Origin: an uncultured Acidobacteriota bacterium
GTDB lineage: Bacteria > Acidobacteriota > Blastocatellia > RBC074
Direction of reading: 5' to 3'
Length of the DNA: 64,000 nt
NCBI GenBank assembly: GCA_963796275.1
Contig: CAWCKY010000006.1
Coordinates: 2,304,001-2,368,000 of the forward strand
Of the stretch, positions 30,733-41,658 are shown piece after piece. The notes beneath the pieces are model-generated. The model did not search any database. It was not told the origin of the DNA and saw only the letters and a list, made by a program, of their open reading frames with translations. Both the position numbers and the translations under genes were made by a program. How positions within the stretch are numbered: the first letter of the stretch is position 1; the number at the start of each line of letters is the position of its first letter.

Positions 30733-32110
30733 ATGTCGCTGACAGAATACAAGCCGGGAGCAAGATTCCCGGGCGTCATCGGGCGGACGCCCGACGTGTC
30801 GGAGCCAGCATGGCCGGAGCCCACCAGGCCGAAGGAAGGTGCGCCAAACGTGCTTTTCATCGTTCTCGATGATACGGGATATGGGCACCTCGGGTGCTAC
30901 GGCAGCCCGATCTCCACGCCGAACATCGACGCGCTGGCTAAGGGGGGCTTGCTCTACACTAACATGCACACGACCGCCCTCTGTTCGCCGTCCCGCTCCT
31001 GCATAATCACAGGTCGCAATCATCATACGAATCACCTGGCCTGTCTGACGAACGGCTCCACGGGATATCCAGGATCGGACGGTTACATCCCGTTCGAGAA
31101 CGGGTTCATCTCGGAGATATTAAAGGAACGCGGCTACAGCTCTTATTGCGTCGGGAAATGGCACCTCGCGCCGGAAGAGACGATGACGGCGGCGGGGCCA
31201 TACGACCGATGGCCGCTGGGACGCGGGTTCGAGCGTTATTACGGTTTCATGGGAGGCGACACAAATCAATACTATCCCGAGCTCATCCGCGACAATTCGC
31301 AGATCGAACCGGAGACGACCCCCGAACAGGGCTATCACCTGACGCCTGACCTGGTCGAGAAAGCGAAGGCGATGATCGCTGACACCAAGCAGGTCGCGCC
31401 AAACAAGCCGTTCTTCCTATACTTCGCAACGGGCGCGATGCATTCACCGCATCACGTGCCTAAGGAATGGGCCGACAAATACAAGGGCAAGTTCGACGCG
31501 GGCTGGGAGGCGTATCGCAAGCAGGTCTTCGAGAACCAGAAGAAACTCGGACTCGCGCCCCCCAATGCCGAATTGTCCCGGCCAGATCCGGACGTGCAGG
31601 ACTGGAGTAAGCTTCCGTCGGATGAGCGAAGGCTCTACGCCAGGATGATGGAGGTCTTCGCGGGGTTTCTGGAGCACACCGACCGTTACATCGGCAAGCT
31701 CATTCAGTTTCTGAAAGACATCGGTGAGTACGACAACACATTGATCATGCTGATCTCGGATAACGGTTCGAGCGCGGAAGGCGGACCGACGGGCTCAATC
31801 AACGAGTGCCGTTTCTTCAACAACGTGCCCGATACAGTGGAGGACGGGCTGAAGCACATCGACGACATCGGCGGGCCGAAAGTGTTCAATCACTTTCCAT
31901 GGGAAAGGCGATCTTCCAGTCACGACGCTGAATCGGCTGGCGCAGGGTGGCGCGATGCTTGTCGGAGCCGACACCGGCGCGCCTGTTACGCCAGAGTACG
32001 AGCCGCCATTTCGGTTCACCGGTGTGATTAAGCGGGTCTCTGTCGATGTGAGCGGGAAACACATCGTAGACCAGGAATCGGAAATGAAAGCCCTCGTCGC
32101 CAAACAGTGA
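30733..32110 (+). pseudogene. Arylsulfatase with a large internal deletion and frameshift
   Basis: PNVLFIVLDDTG, formylglycine motif CSPSR, GKWH, SDNG. After FNHFPW (~31900) another frame gives the family C-terminus GKGDLPV...PPFRFTGVIKRVSVDVSG...KALVAKQ* (stop 32110). Confidence 0.8.
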
Positions 32111-32145
32111 AGGCGGTTCAAATCATATCAATGAAGGGAGAACCC

Positions 32146-32300
32146 ATGCCGAAACAGAAAAAAGCAAAGTCGACCGATTCATCCAGGATCTCGACCGATG
32201 GTTCTGTCCTTCCATTCCCGCCCGCGCCATCCGCCAGTCAGGCGGGATTACTGTTTCGGAATCGATGCATAAGTGCCGTGTTGAACCGTCCGGCTCCCCG
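32146..32300 (+). pseudogene. N-terminal remnant of a second arylsulfatase
   Basis: RBS + MPKQ...DGSVLPFPPAPSASQAG then a frameshift to ESMHKCRVEP, resembling arylsulfatase N-termini; truncated at the convergent cyanophycinase gene. Confidence 0.55.
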
Positions 32301-32312
32301 ACGTCGTGCCCA

Positions 32313-33281
32313 CTAGGGCTTTTCGGGGTCTCCCTTCGATTGCTCCGCTGTTTGTCTTGGCCGAGCGGGAGACCGTGTGCCATTGCCGTACTTTTCGACC
32401 TGACGTGTTTTCATGTTGTATACATCGCCCTCAGAAAGAACGTAATAAGGCTTCTCCCAGGGTTGATACGCGCGACTGTTGTCGTGGATGGCCACTTTCC
32501 ACATCCCGATCACCTCAAAACGATCTCCCTTGACGATAATTGCCGTACCCTCGGACAGACCGATTCCCAATAGATTGGGATGCTTCTTGATGACCGGAAC
32601 GAGATCGTCCCATCGGTTACGAGCATTAATGTGCTGATCAATCGCGGTTTTACGGAGGAAGGAAAAGCCGTGTTCGTGTTCCGGCTCCGGCGTCATCATG
32701 ATGTGGGAGCCTGCTATCGCTCCACGCACCAGATAGTCGCCTTGAATCGTGGCACCTGCCGAACTGCCACCGATCACGCCGCCACGTTCCAACACTTTGT
32801 GGAATTCACGATAGGCGGCAGTGTTCATGTAGGAATCGACGATGTTCCACTGGCGGCCCCCCACAAACCAGACAGCGTTTGCCTCGCGCAAAGGTTGTAT
32901 GAAATCTTCCGTGTCCGCAATTTTCGGATCGTGTGTATGAAGCATCCGAACATTCTTGAGTCCTCGCTTTATCCAATTAGCAAGAACGTTTTCTTCGTTA
33001 TAGACTTTGATCTGACCGTCCGGGGTCTTGTTTCCACCAGCGGTCGGGACGATGACAAACTTAGCATCGGAGCCCCCTGCCAGTTTGATGAATGTCTCAA
33101 TGATTCCCGTGCCATCGGTCGGTCCACCGCCGACAATTACCAGTGTCCCTTTAGCCGGCCCATATTCCGGCATTACCTGAATCGCAGCAGTATTGGGTAA
33201 CTGCTGACCCGTGATAATTCCGAACACCACTAATACCGAAAGCATAGAAGCTAATATGATGGGAAAACGCTTTTGCTTCAT
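32313..33281 (-). CDS. Cyanophycinase-like peptidase (S51), secreted
   Basis: GTLVIVGGG, VPTA, GGRQW, catalytic GSSAGA, IDQHINARNR, GIGLSE; signal peptide from ATG 33281. Confidence 0.88.
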   Translation of the reverse strand: MKQKRFPIILASMLSVLVVFGIITGQQLPNTAAIQVMPEYGPAKGTLVIVGGGPTDGTGIIETFIKLAGGSDAKFVIVPTAGGNKTPDGQIKVYNEENVLANWIKRGLKNVRMLHTHDPKIADTEDFIQPLREANAVWFVGGRQWNIVDSYMNTAAYREFHKVLERGGVIGGSSAGATIQGDYLVRGAIAGSHIMMTPEPEHEHGFSFLRKTAIDQHINARNRWDDLVPVIKKHPNLLGIGLSEGTAIIVKGDRFEVIGMWKVAIHDNSRAYQPWEKPYYVLSEGDVYNMKTRQVEKYGNGTRSPARPRQTAEQSKGDPEKP

Positions 33282-33398
33282 GAACTCTCCAAGCCTCGAT
33301 ATGAAACTGATAGAAAAAAGTTGGATCGGTAAGTGAATATATTTTGGGATGTTCTGCAAAATTGTTCCGCTCCTTTCTGGTCTATATTTGTTAGTTGT

Positions 33399-33482
33399 GT
33401 TGAGCGCTGTCATCGGATCGATCTTCGTCGCACGTCGCACCGGAATCCGGCACGCCAGCAACGCGATGGCGCCAAGCAGCGG
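33399..33482 (-). pseudogene. C-terminal remnant of an ADOP ABC permease
   Basis: LLGAIALLACRIPVRRATKIDPMTAL matches the C-termini of the intact permeases in this window; no upstream body. Confidence 0.75.
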
Positions 33483-33603
33483 CGTGGGAAATTGCCGCTG
33501 CGCGATGGATGCCGAGTATATCCGGTCGAGCGCCCTACGCCAAATATTGGCAGCTCATCACCGAGCTGCGTGATCTCACTTCGGATCCCCGCAGCGGCTG
33601 GCC

Positions 33604-33691
33604 GGGGCATGGGGGCACGGGGTCACGGGGTCACGGAGCACGGGGCCAACGGGCCAACGGGGCATCGGGGCATCGGGGCAACGGGGCAACG
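33604..33691. repeat. Degenerate ~8-mer tandem repeat (GGCAACGG/GGTCACGG/GGCATCGG), ~10 units
   Basis: Read directly. Confidence 0.8.
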
Positions 33692-34029
33692 TATACACTC
33701 TCCGCGACGCATAGTATCGATATGTCGTTAGATGCTTATGATAAAATCCGGAAGGCTCGCCGAATAACTCAAGAGCAATCTTCCGGATTGCAGTCGGCAT
33801 TGACGAGAAGAGTAGCCGTCATTCTCAACAATTTTCATATTGAGTAGGGAATATGGAGATGATGATATGTGATATGGATCGAGCTTCAAGACGAGGCATT
33901 AGTGCCGGATGCAATATCCGTTTGTGCTCTTCTGCCGCATCTTGAAGCCGATCCATGGCGGAGGAAATGTCAGGGCGTTGGATTTTGACCGCCAATGTCT
34001 TAGTAATCGAAATTGTTATTGCGATTGTG

Positions 34030-34190
34030 GTGATAACCGGCGCCTGCTACCGATCTTGGTGATAAATGCATTGGTGCCGGCAAAGGGATCATTTAATGTG
34101 CTTCGAAATTCCGTCGGGAAAGCTTCCGGCGTGGTGGGAAGTCAGATGAACTGGTATAGCCAACCACATAGGCGCTCCCCCTGCATCTAT
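34030..34190 (-). pseudogene. Remnant of an SBBP beta-propeller repeat
   Basis: With two single-base frameshifts the minus strand reads IDAG/SAYVVGYTSSSDF/TTPEAF...TNAFITKIG. Confidence 0.6.
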
Positions 34191-34333
34191 TTTCTCTACT
34201 CTATTTAATTTAAATACAAAAAACAATTCATTGTGTTTGTAGTTTCACAGCGATCCTGTGCTTCGGGGCAATACCAGCTTAAGTGGTCAGCTAAATATCT
34301 AGCGTTCCACTATACAGGGCTCTGTGCGCGCAG

Positions 34334-34705
34334 CTACTTTTTCAGCCAGGCGCGTAAGAGAATGTAGTTGTTCCTGCCGGGTGGCTGATTAGAGTCAATC
34401 GTGACTAACAGATTGCGCTCGAAGGCGTCGCGCAATAAGTCGAGCATGCCCTGTCGAGCCGGAAGCCGGGCGTCATTACGAAGCTGGAAGCCAAAAAACT
34501 TGCCCGGTTGGCTATCAAGCGCAATCACTACTTCAACATCAATGAAGTCATGGGGTGGGCCGAAGCCGTCCCCGAGGTCATTCACGCGCAGCATCGTTAC
34601 CCTTCCTGGGGTAGTAAAAACCTGGGCTGACGCTGTATCGGTGAATAACACGGTGAACAACATCATCATAAACAACGAGCAAAGCACAAGAGCAGAACGT
34701 TTCAT
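34334..34705 (-). CDS. Small secreted hypothetical protein
   Basis: AAGGAG RBS, signal peptide ending ASA-Q, compact ~95-aa mature domain; family not recognised. Confidence 0.7.
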   Translation of the reverse strand: MKRSALVLCSLFMMMLFTVLFTDTASAQVFTTPGRVTMLRVNDLGDGFGPPHDFIDVEVVIALDSQPGKFFGFQLRNDARLPARQGMLDLLRDAFERNLLVTIDSNQPPGRNNYILLRAWLKK

Positions 34706-35310
34706 CAAGTCACTCCTTATTTGAGTTTATTTAATCGGCCCGAAACGGATAATGCATCCGTTTCGCATTCCTGTTTGAATACAGTTAATGTGCCCTCGGT
34801 GATCGCGAGTAGTTGAATCGCGCAGATTATTCAACTACTCGCGGTGCGCATCCCGACTGGCAAATACAGGATTCAGTCTCTCAATTTCGTGAGGTTAAGT
34901 AACGAAAAAGTGACTAAAATACGACAAAAATACCTTAGGTGTCCCCTATTTCTAATGTGTCGTAGTATGAACTGTTGCGAAAGCAGGGAGGATAGAAGGT
35001 CGCTATGGTGGTCATCCGAGACGAGGTAATCCAGAAAATGTTCGGTCAGGCATTCTTCACTAGATCGAGAGGTGGCGATAGAGGTCGTAGTGGATTCACT
35101 TGTACAAATCCCACTCAGATGGATCATCACACACTGAGAGAGACGAATCTAAACCGTGGAGTACCCGGATATGAAGGTCACGGCGGTGCGCCGGCGGATC
35201 GTGTCGTGACCGTCGCCCATATCCGCCCAGGTCCTCTCCGGTACAGTCGTGGCAATAGTCGTGCGATCGATCTGTTTGCGACAACTGGCGCCGAATCGTT
35301 GCCATACTCC

Positions 35311-35907
35311 CTACTCGAAAACTGCTTGCGGCCCGAGCAGGGCGCCGCGCATCCGATTCTTCAAATAAGCGCCGTCGCGCGGAGGTAGGGCCTTCGGGTC
35401 GTCGGTTAGCGCTACTTTGATCACAGCCAGAAACAGATCATTGAGTTGATGAATATCGACGCGCAGCGGCTCGATATAGTCAGCCTCCCGCACCGTGCGC
35501 GCGTGCGGGAACCCACAGGCTAAAGCTATCGCAGCAATGTCTGCGCCGGCGGCCGTATGCGTGCGCTGTCCTCCCGTTTCGCCATAGCATTCGTTGTCAA
35601 TTACTACGACGCGCAGATTGCGCGGGCGCGCGGCAGCAATCGTGGCCAGACTGCCCAATCCCATCAGCATTTCGCCGTCGCCCGTGATAACTAACACCCT
35701 GCGCGAAGGCTGCGCAAACGCTAATCCGAGTCCGACCATCGCTGCTCCACCCATCGCCCCCCACAGCGGGAAATCATTTGGGTGATCCTCGACGGAAGCC
35801 ACATCCCACGCTGTCGCGCCTAATCCCGCTACAACCAATAGGTCGTTGCGGTCGGCGAGTAGTGCAGTCACGACTTCACGACGCTTCAAAGGTTTCGCCG
35901 CCATCAT
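35311..35907 (-). CDS. TPP-dependent decarboxylase beta subunit (sulfopyruvate/phosphonopyruvate decarboxylase type)
   Basis: WGAMGGA, TPP motif GDGEMLMGLG...DNECYGETGGQ. Confidence 0.85.
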   Translation of the reverse strand: MMAAKPLKRREVVTALLADRNDLLVVAGLGATAWDVASVEDHPNDFPLWGAMGGAAMVGLGLAFAQPSRRVLVITGDGEMLMGLGSLATIAAARPRNLRVVVIDNECYGETGGQRTHTAAGADIAAIALACGFPHARTVREADYIEPLRVDIHQLNDLFLAVIKVALTDDPKALPPRDGAYLKNRMRGALLGPQAVFE

Positions 35908-36461
35908 TTCTCCTCCACGAATCGCTTTACGCCGATGAGACGCTGTGAAAGCAGCACCGCCACACCGCAATATCCGCCGAACGCCAGGCTGACAGCTGCT
36001 TCAAGCACGTCACGGACTTCACTCGGAGCATCAACGCGATAAACGATGAGGCCGATGGTGGAGAGCACGTTCGGCGTCGCTTGCCCCATGGGTATCTGCC
36101 AGGGATTAAACTCACCGAATTCGCCACGCATCGTGACAAGTGTGAGAAACGGCAGCTGGCAAGACTTGATCATTGAAAGCATGTTGATACAGTTACCCAC
36201 GCCGCTCGACTGCATCAGCAGCGCAGCGCGTTTACCGCCCAGATACGCGCCGGCCGCAAAGGCGACGCCTTCTTCCTCGGTGGTCAACGACACCGCTCGC
36301 GTCCTCTCATCTGCTTCACACAGCTTGATGAGGTCAAGGTGGCCGGCATCGGGCACATAAGACACCATTGAAATGTCTTGCGCCTGAAATACCTCGTAGA
36401 TGTCATGCGCCCAGTGGCGCGTAAGTTCAGAGAAGTTTTGTTGCATGATAGTAGTCATCAT
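35904..36461 (-). CDS. TPP-dependent decarboxylase alpha subunit (ComD-like)
   Basis: YVPD, TTEEEGVA, MQSSGVGNCIN, RGEFGEFNPWQIPMG; ATGA overlap with the beta subunit. Confidence 0.85.
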   Translation of the reverse strand: MMTTIMQQNFSELTRHWAHDIYEVFQAQDISMVSYVPDAGHLDLIKLCEADERTRAVSLTTEEEGVAFAAGAYLGGKRAALLMQSSGVGNCINMLSMIKSCQLPFLTLVTMRGEFGEFNPWQIPMGQATPNVLSTIGLIVYRVDAPSEVRDVLEAAVSLAFGGYCGVAVLLSQRLIGVKRFVEEK

Positions 36462-36677
36462 TTGTATACCGGAAACTATAATTGGAGAATGAATTCTGAA
36501 AAGATTGCCATTAAATCAATCGCTAATTAACATCTGCATTGCACCAAACCATACATTAAGGATCTCCGACAAACCATAGCGGCTCAACTGAAATCCCCGA
36601 TAATATACGTTCGATATGAATTTTGATTGCTGAAGTCGGAGATTTCCATGATCTAGGCGAGGCGACTTAAACTCACA

Positions 36678-38357
36678 ATGAAAAAATTTCGATGCAAAAT
36701 ATTATCCGCCGGATTGCTGACGCTGTTGTTCATCGTGTCTCAACCGCCTGCATTCGGCCGGCCTCCCGCGACTGTCGCGCAATGGACGCGCTTCGAGGCC
36801 GAGTTCACGAGCGCGGTAGAAAGCTATCCCAATCCGCTTCAGGATGTGCGTGTCGAGATCGAATTCACCTCGCCATCCGGGAGGACGATGGCAACTGAGG
36901 CCTTCTGGGACGGTTTCCGACTCTGGCGGGTCCGTTTCTCACCGGAAGAGCGGGGTCGCTGGACATACAGAACGCGCTCGTCGCAGGAGAAAGACGCGGG
37001 GTTGCATAACCGGACGGGGGCGTTCGAGTGTGTGGCATACCGGGGCCGGAACCCGCTCTACGCTCACGGCGCGCTGCGCGTATCGGGCGACCGGCGCTAC
37101 CTGACCTATGCCGACGGCTCACCATTCTTCTGGCTCGGCGACACGGCGTGGAACGGTGTCCTGAAGGCCGACGTGCCGAGCTGGGATGAGTACCTGCGAG
37201 ATCGTGCGGCGAAGGGATTCAACGTCATCCAATACGTGACGACGCAGTGGCGCACGGCGGGGGGAAATGCCGATGGCCGCGCGGCGTTTTACGGGCGCGA
37301 GAAGATAGAGGTCGATCCGGTCTTCTTCCAGTGGATGGATGAGCGTGTCAACGCGATCAACGACCATGGCCTCGTCGCCGCGCCGATCTTGATCTGGGCG
37401 CACGAGCGCACGGCGCAGTTCAACCCGGGCGGATTACTGCCCGACGACCAGATCGTGCTGCTGGCGCGATATATGGTCGCTCGCTACGGCGCTCATCACG
37501 TCGTCTGGATGCTGGCGGGCGACGCAGATTATCGCGGCGAGCGGGCGGACAGGTGGCGCAAGATCGGGAGCGCGGTCTTCGGCGAGCGGCCCTATCGGTT
37601 GGCGACGATGCACCCGGGCGGCAGGATGTGGGTGCAGGGCGAATTCGCTCAGGAGCCGTGGTTCAGCTTCAACGGCTACCAGAGCGGCCACTCGACAACC
37701 GACGAATCGCACCGCTGGCATACCGAAGGGCCGCCTGCCCGTGAGTGGCAGAGATCGCCGGCATTTCCCTCGATCAACCTGGAACCGAACTACGAAGACC
37801 ACATCGGGCGACCGATGGGCAAGGTCTTCACCGCATACGAAGTGCGCCGCGCTGCATACTGGAGCCTGCTGGTCGGGCCGCCTGCCGGAGTGTCTTACGG
37901 CGGACACGGCGTCTGGAGCTGGGAACTGAAAGCCAATCCGCCGATGACGCACCCTTACACGGGAATCGCCAGGCCGTGGCGAGAGGCAATGAGACTGCCG
38001 GGAGCGGCGAGCATGAAATTGTTGAAAGATTTCTTCACCTCGTTCGAGTGGTGGAGGCTTCGTCCCGCGCAGGAGCTCCTGGTCACGCAGCCGGGGAATA
38101 GCGCGCCCGCGAACTTCATCGCCGCGGCGAAGAGCGACGAAGTTGCAGTTGTGTACGCGCCGGCTGGCGGAGAGGTGGAACTGAAGATGGATCAGTTCGC
38201 CCGGCCGGTCACAGCCGAATGGTTCGACCCGGCGACCGGCGCGCGCTCGGGGCTGGGCAGGATAGCGAATCAGGGCACAAAGAAATTCAAGATTGCGGGG
38301 AAAGGTGACCGCGTGCTCGTCCTGAAAATGCGCGGAGAATCGGGGTCGAAGCGGTAG
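36678..38357 (+). CDS. DUF5060/DUF4038 apiosidase-like (GH140-related) glycoside hydrolase with a C-terminal collagen-binding-like domain
   Basis: FWDG...WRVRFSP, PFFWLGDTAW, KGFNVIQ, ARYGA..VVW, YQSGH, EPNYE, YGGHGVW, EWFDPATG. Confidence 0.85.
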   Translation: MKKFRCKILSAGLLTLLFIVSQPPAFGRPPATVAQWTRFEAEFTSAVESYPNPLQDVRVEIEFTSPSGRTMATEAFWDGFRLWRVRFSPEERGRWTYRTRSSQEKDAGLHNRTGAFECVAYRGRNPLYAHGALRVSGDRRYLTYADGSPFFWLGDTAWNGVLKADVPSWDEYLRDRAAKGFNVIQYVTTQWRTAGGNADGRAAFYGREKIEVDPVFFQWMDERVNAINDHGLVAAPILIWAHERTAQFNPGGLLPDDQIVLLARYMVARYGAHHVVWMLAGDADYRGERADRWRKIGSAVFGERPYRLATMHPGGRMWVQGEFAQEPWFSFNGYQSGHSTTDESHRWHTEGPPAREWQRSPAFPSINLEPNYEDHIGRPMGKVFTAYEVRRAAYWSLLVGPPAGVSYGGHGVWSWELKANPPMTHPYTGIARPWREAMRLPGAASMKLLKDFFTSFEWWRLRPAQELLVTQPGNSAPANFIAAAKSDEVAVVYAPAGGEVELKMDQFARPVTAEWFDPATGARSGLGRIANQGTKKFKIAGKGDRVLVLKMRGESGSKR

Positions 38358-38492
38358 AAAGAAGGCCGAGAAGAGGAATACATTATGGGGACGGGAAGTG
38401 ATAACGCTCTAAAAGAGAAGGGCCACGCCGATTATCTGGAACACCTATTTCGCGCTCCCGAAATCTTTGCTGAAATCTTTGCTTCGCTCACC

Positions 38493-39812
38493 TCATTCAG
38501 CTCCCAGGTAAATGTATCTCAACACAAACATCACAGCCAGAATATAAACCAGCGGGCTGGCCTCTCGCCATCTTCCCGTCAAAACTTTCAGCAGCGGATA
38601 GAAGACGAATCCGAGCGCCAATCCATTGGCTATCGAAAACGTCAACGGCATCGCCAGCATGGTCAGGAATGCGGGAACGGCTTCGGTCATATCATCCCAC
38701 TTGATAGCGGTCACGGCGCTGATCATCAGCGCGCCGACGATGATCAGCGCGGGTGCGGTGGCGATCGGCGGAATTGCGCCGGCGATCGGCGAAAAGAACA
38801 TCGCCAGGACAAATAACGCGGCCACTGTGACGGAGGTCAAGCCGGTACGCCCGCCCTCGCTCACGCCGGTGGCGCTCTCGATATAGGTCACGACCGTCGA
38901 CGTACCGAAGACCGAGCCGGCGATGGTTGCAATCGCGTCGGCGAAGAGGGCGCGGTTGACCCGCGGCATCTTTCCCTCGGATGTCAAATATCCCGCCTGT
39001 CTGCCCAACCCCATCAGCGAACCTATGGTGTCGAAGAGGTCGACGAACAGGAAGATGAAGATCACGTCAAAAACAGCGAGTTTCAACGCCCCGCGCACAT
39101 CGAGCTTTAAAAACGCCGAGCTCGCGTCCGGCATTTGAATCAAGCTGTCCGGCAAATTCGACAAGTTTAATAGAATCGAGGCGGCGGCGACGGCGAAGAC
39201 GCCGATGATGATCGCAGTCTTGTATCCGCGTGCCATCAGCGCCGCCGTGACGAGCAGGCCGCCGAGCGCGAGCAGCGCGGGTTTTGAAGTGATGTGGCCG
39301 AGCGTCACGAATGTCGCGGGCGACGCCGCGATTACGCCGGCATTCTTTAGCCCGATGAAGGCGATGAACAGTCCAATGCCCGCGGCGACCGCGGTCTTCA
39401 TAGTCACCGGGATTGCATCAACGATCATCGCCCGGATGCGCACGAGCGTAAGGACCAAAAACACGACGCCCGAAATGAAGACGGCGCCCAGCGCGACGCG
39501 CCAGTCATAGCCCATCGTTTTTACTACCGTGTAAGTGAAGTAAGCATTCAAGCCCATCCCGGGCGCCAGCGCGAAAGGATAATTCGCGATCAGCCCCATC
39601 ATCAGCGAACCGACTGCCGCTGCGAGACAGGTCGCGAACAGCGCTCCCGAATAGGGCACGCCGGCTTCGCTCAGAATTTGAGGGTTGACGAATATGATGT
39701 ATGCCATGGTCAAAAACGTCGTCACCCCTGCGGCGAGTTCGATTCGAATCGTGGTCTCGTTTTCCGACAGCTTGAACAATCGTTCAAGCGCGTTGCTGAT
39801 CGAATTTTTCAT
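38493..39812 (-). CDS. NCS2/AzgA-family purine permease
   Basis: AGVTTFLTMAYII.VNP, APGMGLNAYF, DLFDTIG, YIESATGV..GGRTGL, MPLTFSIANG. Confidence 0.93.
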   Translation of the reverse strand: MKNSISNALERLFKLSENETTIRIELAAGVTTFLTMAYIIFVNPQILSEAGVPYSGALFATCLAAAVGSLMMGLIANYPFALAPGMGLNAYFTYTVVKTMGYDWRVALGAVFISGVVFLVLTLVRIRAMIVDAIPVTMKTAVAAGIGLFIAFIGLKNAGVIAASPATFVTLGHITSKPALLALGGLLVTAALMARGYKTAIIIGVFAVAAASILLNLSNLPDSLIQMPDASSAFLKLDVRGALKLAVFDVIFIFLFVDLFDTIGSLMGLGRQAGYLTSEGKMPRVNRALFADAIATIAGSVFGTSTVVTYIESATGVSEGGRTGLTSVTVAALFVLAMFFSPIAGAIPPIATAPALIIVGALMISAVTAIKWDDMTEAVPAFLTMLAMPLTFSIANGLALGFVFYPLLKVLTGRWREASPLVYILAVMFVLRYIYLGAE

Positions 39813-39918
39813 TTCGGTTCTATCTTCCAACACCTCAAAGTATTAAAGAAAAGCTGAACTCGATCATCAATCCTTATTTCGCCAAAGGTTCCTGGGCTTT
39901 ATCGCAGTCGATACTATG

Positions 39919-40542
39919 TCAGGCAATTCTCTTGATGGCGGAAACACTATCGAATTCCTCCTCGGGGAAATGTGCCCTGAGGGAATCAATTGTTGAATAT
40001 CCCCATGACACGGCTCCAAAGGCGATATTTTCCTTACGCGCCGCCTCCAGATCGGTGACTTGATCGCCGATATAGATTACTTCGCGATAGGGAATGCCGG
40101 TCTTTTTGAGTACTCTCTGTATTCTGGCTGCCTTCCCGAAAATTGACATTCCGCACTCAAATTGGCTAATCAGCTTCGTATTTCCAGGCCCCAGAATCTG
40201 ACTAACGTTGTCGTAGGCATTCGATGAAACGATTGCTAGCGTGACTCCCTTATTCGCCAGATGAGCCAGCACGTCATCAGTATCTTTAAATAGCGAGATG
40301 CTCGCCGCATTTTGCCTCATAAGAGAGATAAAACTCCTTGCAACGAGGGGGAGTTTCCAGGCAGGCATCCCTACCTGATCCATTATCTGCCTGGCGTTGT
40401 AGCCCCTATATATAGACGCCAAATCCGGGTCGATTCGCTTAAATCCGTGTTGTTCTGCGAGTTGATTGAATACTCGGAGAAAGAAGGGAAATGAGTCAGC
40501 TAAAGTTCCATCGAAGTCGAAAATTGCCAGTCGATATTTCAT
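39919..40542 (-). CDS. HAD-family hydrolase (phosphoglycolate phosphatase-like)
   Basis: FDFDGTLADS, IVSSN, YIGDQVTD, AVSWGY. Confidence 0.9.
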   Translation of the reverse strand: MKYRLAIFDFDGTLADSFPFFLRVFNQLAEQHGFKRIDPDLASIYRGYNARQIMDQVGMPAWKLPLVARSFISLMRQNAASISLFKDTDDVLAHLANKGVTLAIVSSNAYDNVSQILGPGNTKLISQFECGMSIFGKAARIQRVLKKTGIPYREVIYIGDQVTDLEAARKENIAFGAVSWGYSTIDSLRAHFPEEEFDSVSAIKRIA

Positions 40543-41074
40543 GTTCAGGATTGCGCAAGCGTAGCATCGGCAGGCGAGCGGTGCGCTAAGGCGCGATTTT
40601 GTGATGGCAATACAACCACTAAAAGGATAAGTCTGCTCAACAGGCGGGAATATCTCATAATATCTAGCGCTAGCCTCCTGAATGAGTATCGTTCGATCCG
40701 CTCGAAGCTATTCGGAAAGAATTTGGTCCATTCGCTGATTTTAGCGCCTCCAATACTTGGCCGCCATTTCACGCTGTACGTCTTTTCATCAAGAACCTAT
40801 GCCTGATCAAGATGTTCGGCGCGATGTCAGTTCTCGAGTGGTACTTGTTGTACACCAATGCAATTTCAGTTGGGCAGCTTACCACGATAGATTGTGGACG
40901 CTACAGGCCGGGGCTCCTCGATGATGGATATAACTTCGAATGTTTTGTCACTGCATTTGGTGAAGACAGTAATCCGGTCGCCGCGATAAAACCCAATTGT
41001 ATAGACAACGGGACGGCGAGAACTGGTGAGCGCTCACGCGGTCTCATCGAAGAATCGATTGAGAAACGAGTTGT

Positions 41075-41139
41075 GAGTTCCGCCTTCAGGCGGTCAGAAA
41101 CTACATGCGGAAGGAAAGACCGCGTAAACGCGGAACTCC
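41075..41139. repeat. Single REP doublet of the 85-bp array family
   Basis: GAGTTCCGCCTTCAGGCGGTCAG...GACCGCGTAAACGCGGAACTCC. Confidence 0.9.
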
Positions 41140-41658
41140 AAACGGAGTTCCAAACAAACAACGCCCGAACTCCTCTTTTCGAACTGAGAGTGGTCTCGCT
41201 ATTCCAGGGCGCCCGACGCGAGAAGGAATTTGACCACTTCTTTATGTCCTCCCTTTCGAGGAGTGGCAATCGTATGTTGGCATTCAATAGAATGTGACTG
41301 AAATTCATGCGGGATTTTTTGTTTTAACTTTTATACTTTGGTTACCTTCGCGTGTGCAGTATTTATTGATTTTGGGGTACAGTGCGCCAATCGAAAGTAT
41401 TCTGTGGGGTGGCGCAACCTATATCACGGGCCGGGTAGCTCTTATGTACCTTGATGGCGTGCGCTCGTTGAACAAGTGGACACAGTTCAACGTATCCTAT
41501 TTCTTAGGCGAAAAGCTATGAGGCGGAATCCTTATGAGATGGCCAGGGTGCGATCCGCGGGGCGCGGAACACCAGGTCATTTCCTATGTTACGGCGGGAA
41601 AATGTTGGCTTTCGTGTCCGCGCGAACTTATCACTGAATAAACAAAGGAGCTGGGAGC

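Noticed and set aside
32313-33461. 382-aa long form of cyanophycinase
   Set aside because: The extension comes from an in-frame ADOP remnant; the RBS and signal peptide point to ATG 33281.
39813-39918. Purine riboswitch upstream of the NCS2 permease
   Set aside because: I could not see the conserved aptamer core, and the space is short.
40545-41521. Several short ORFs around the REP doublet
   Set aside because: No recognisable motifs or RBS, and they run through the repeat; possibly gene debris but not supportable.
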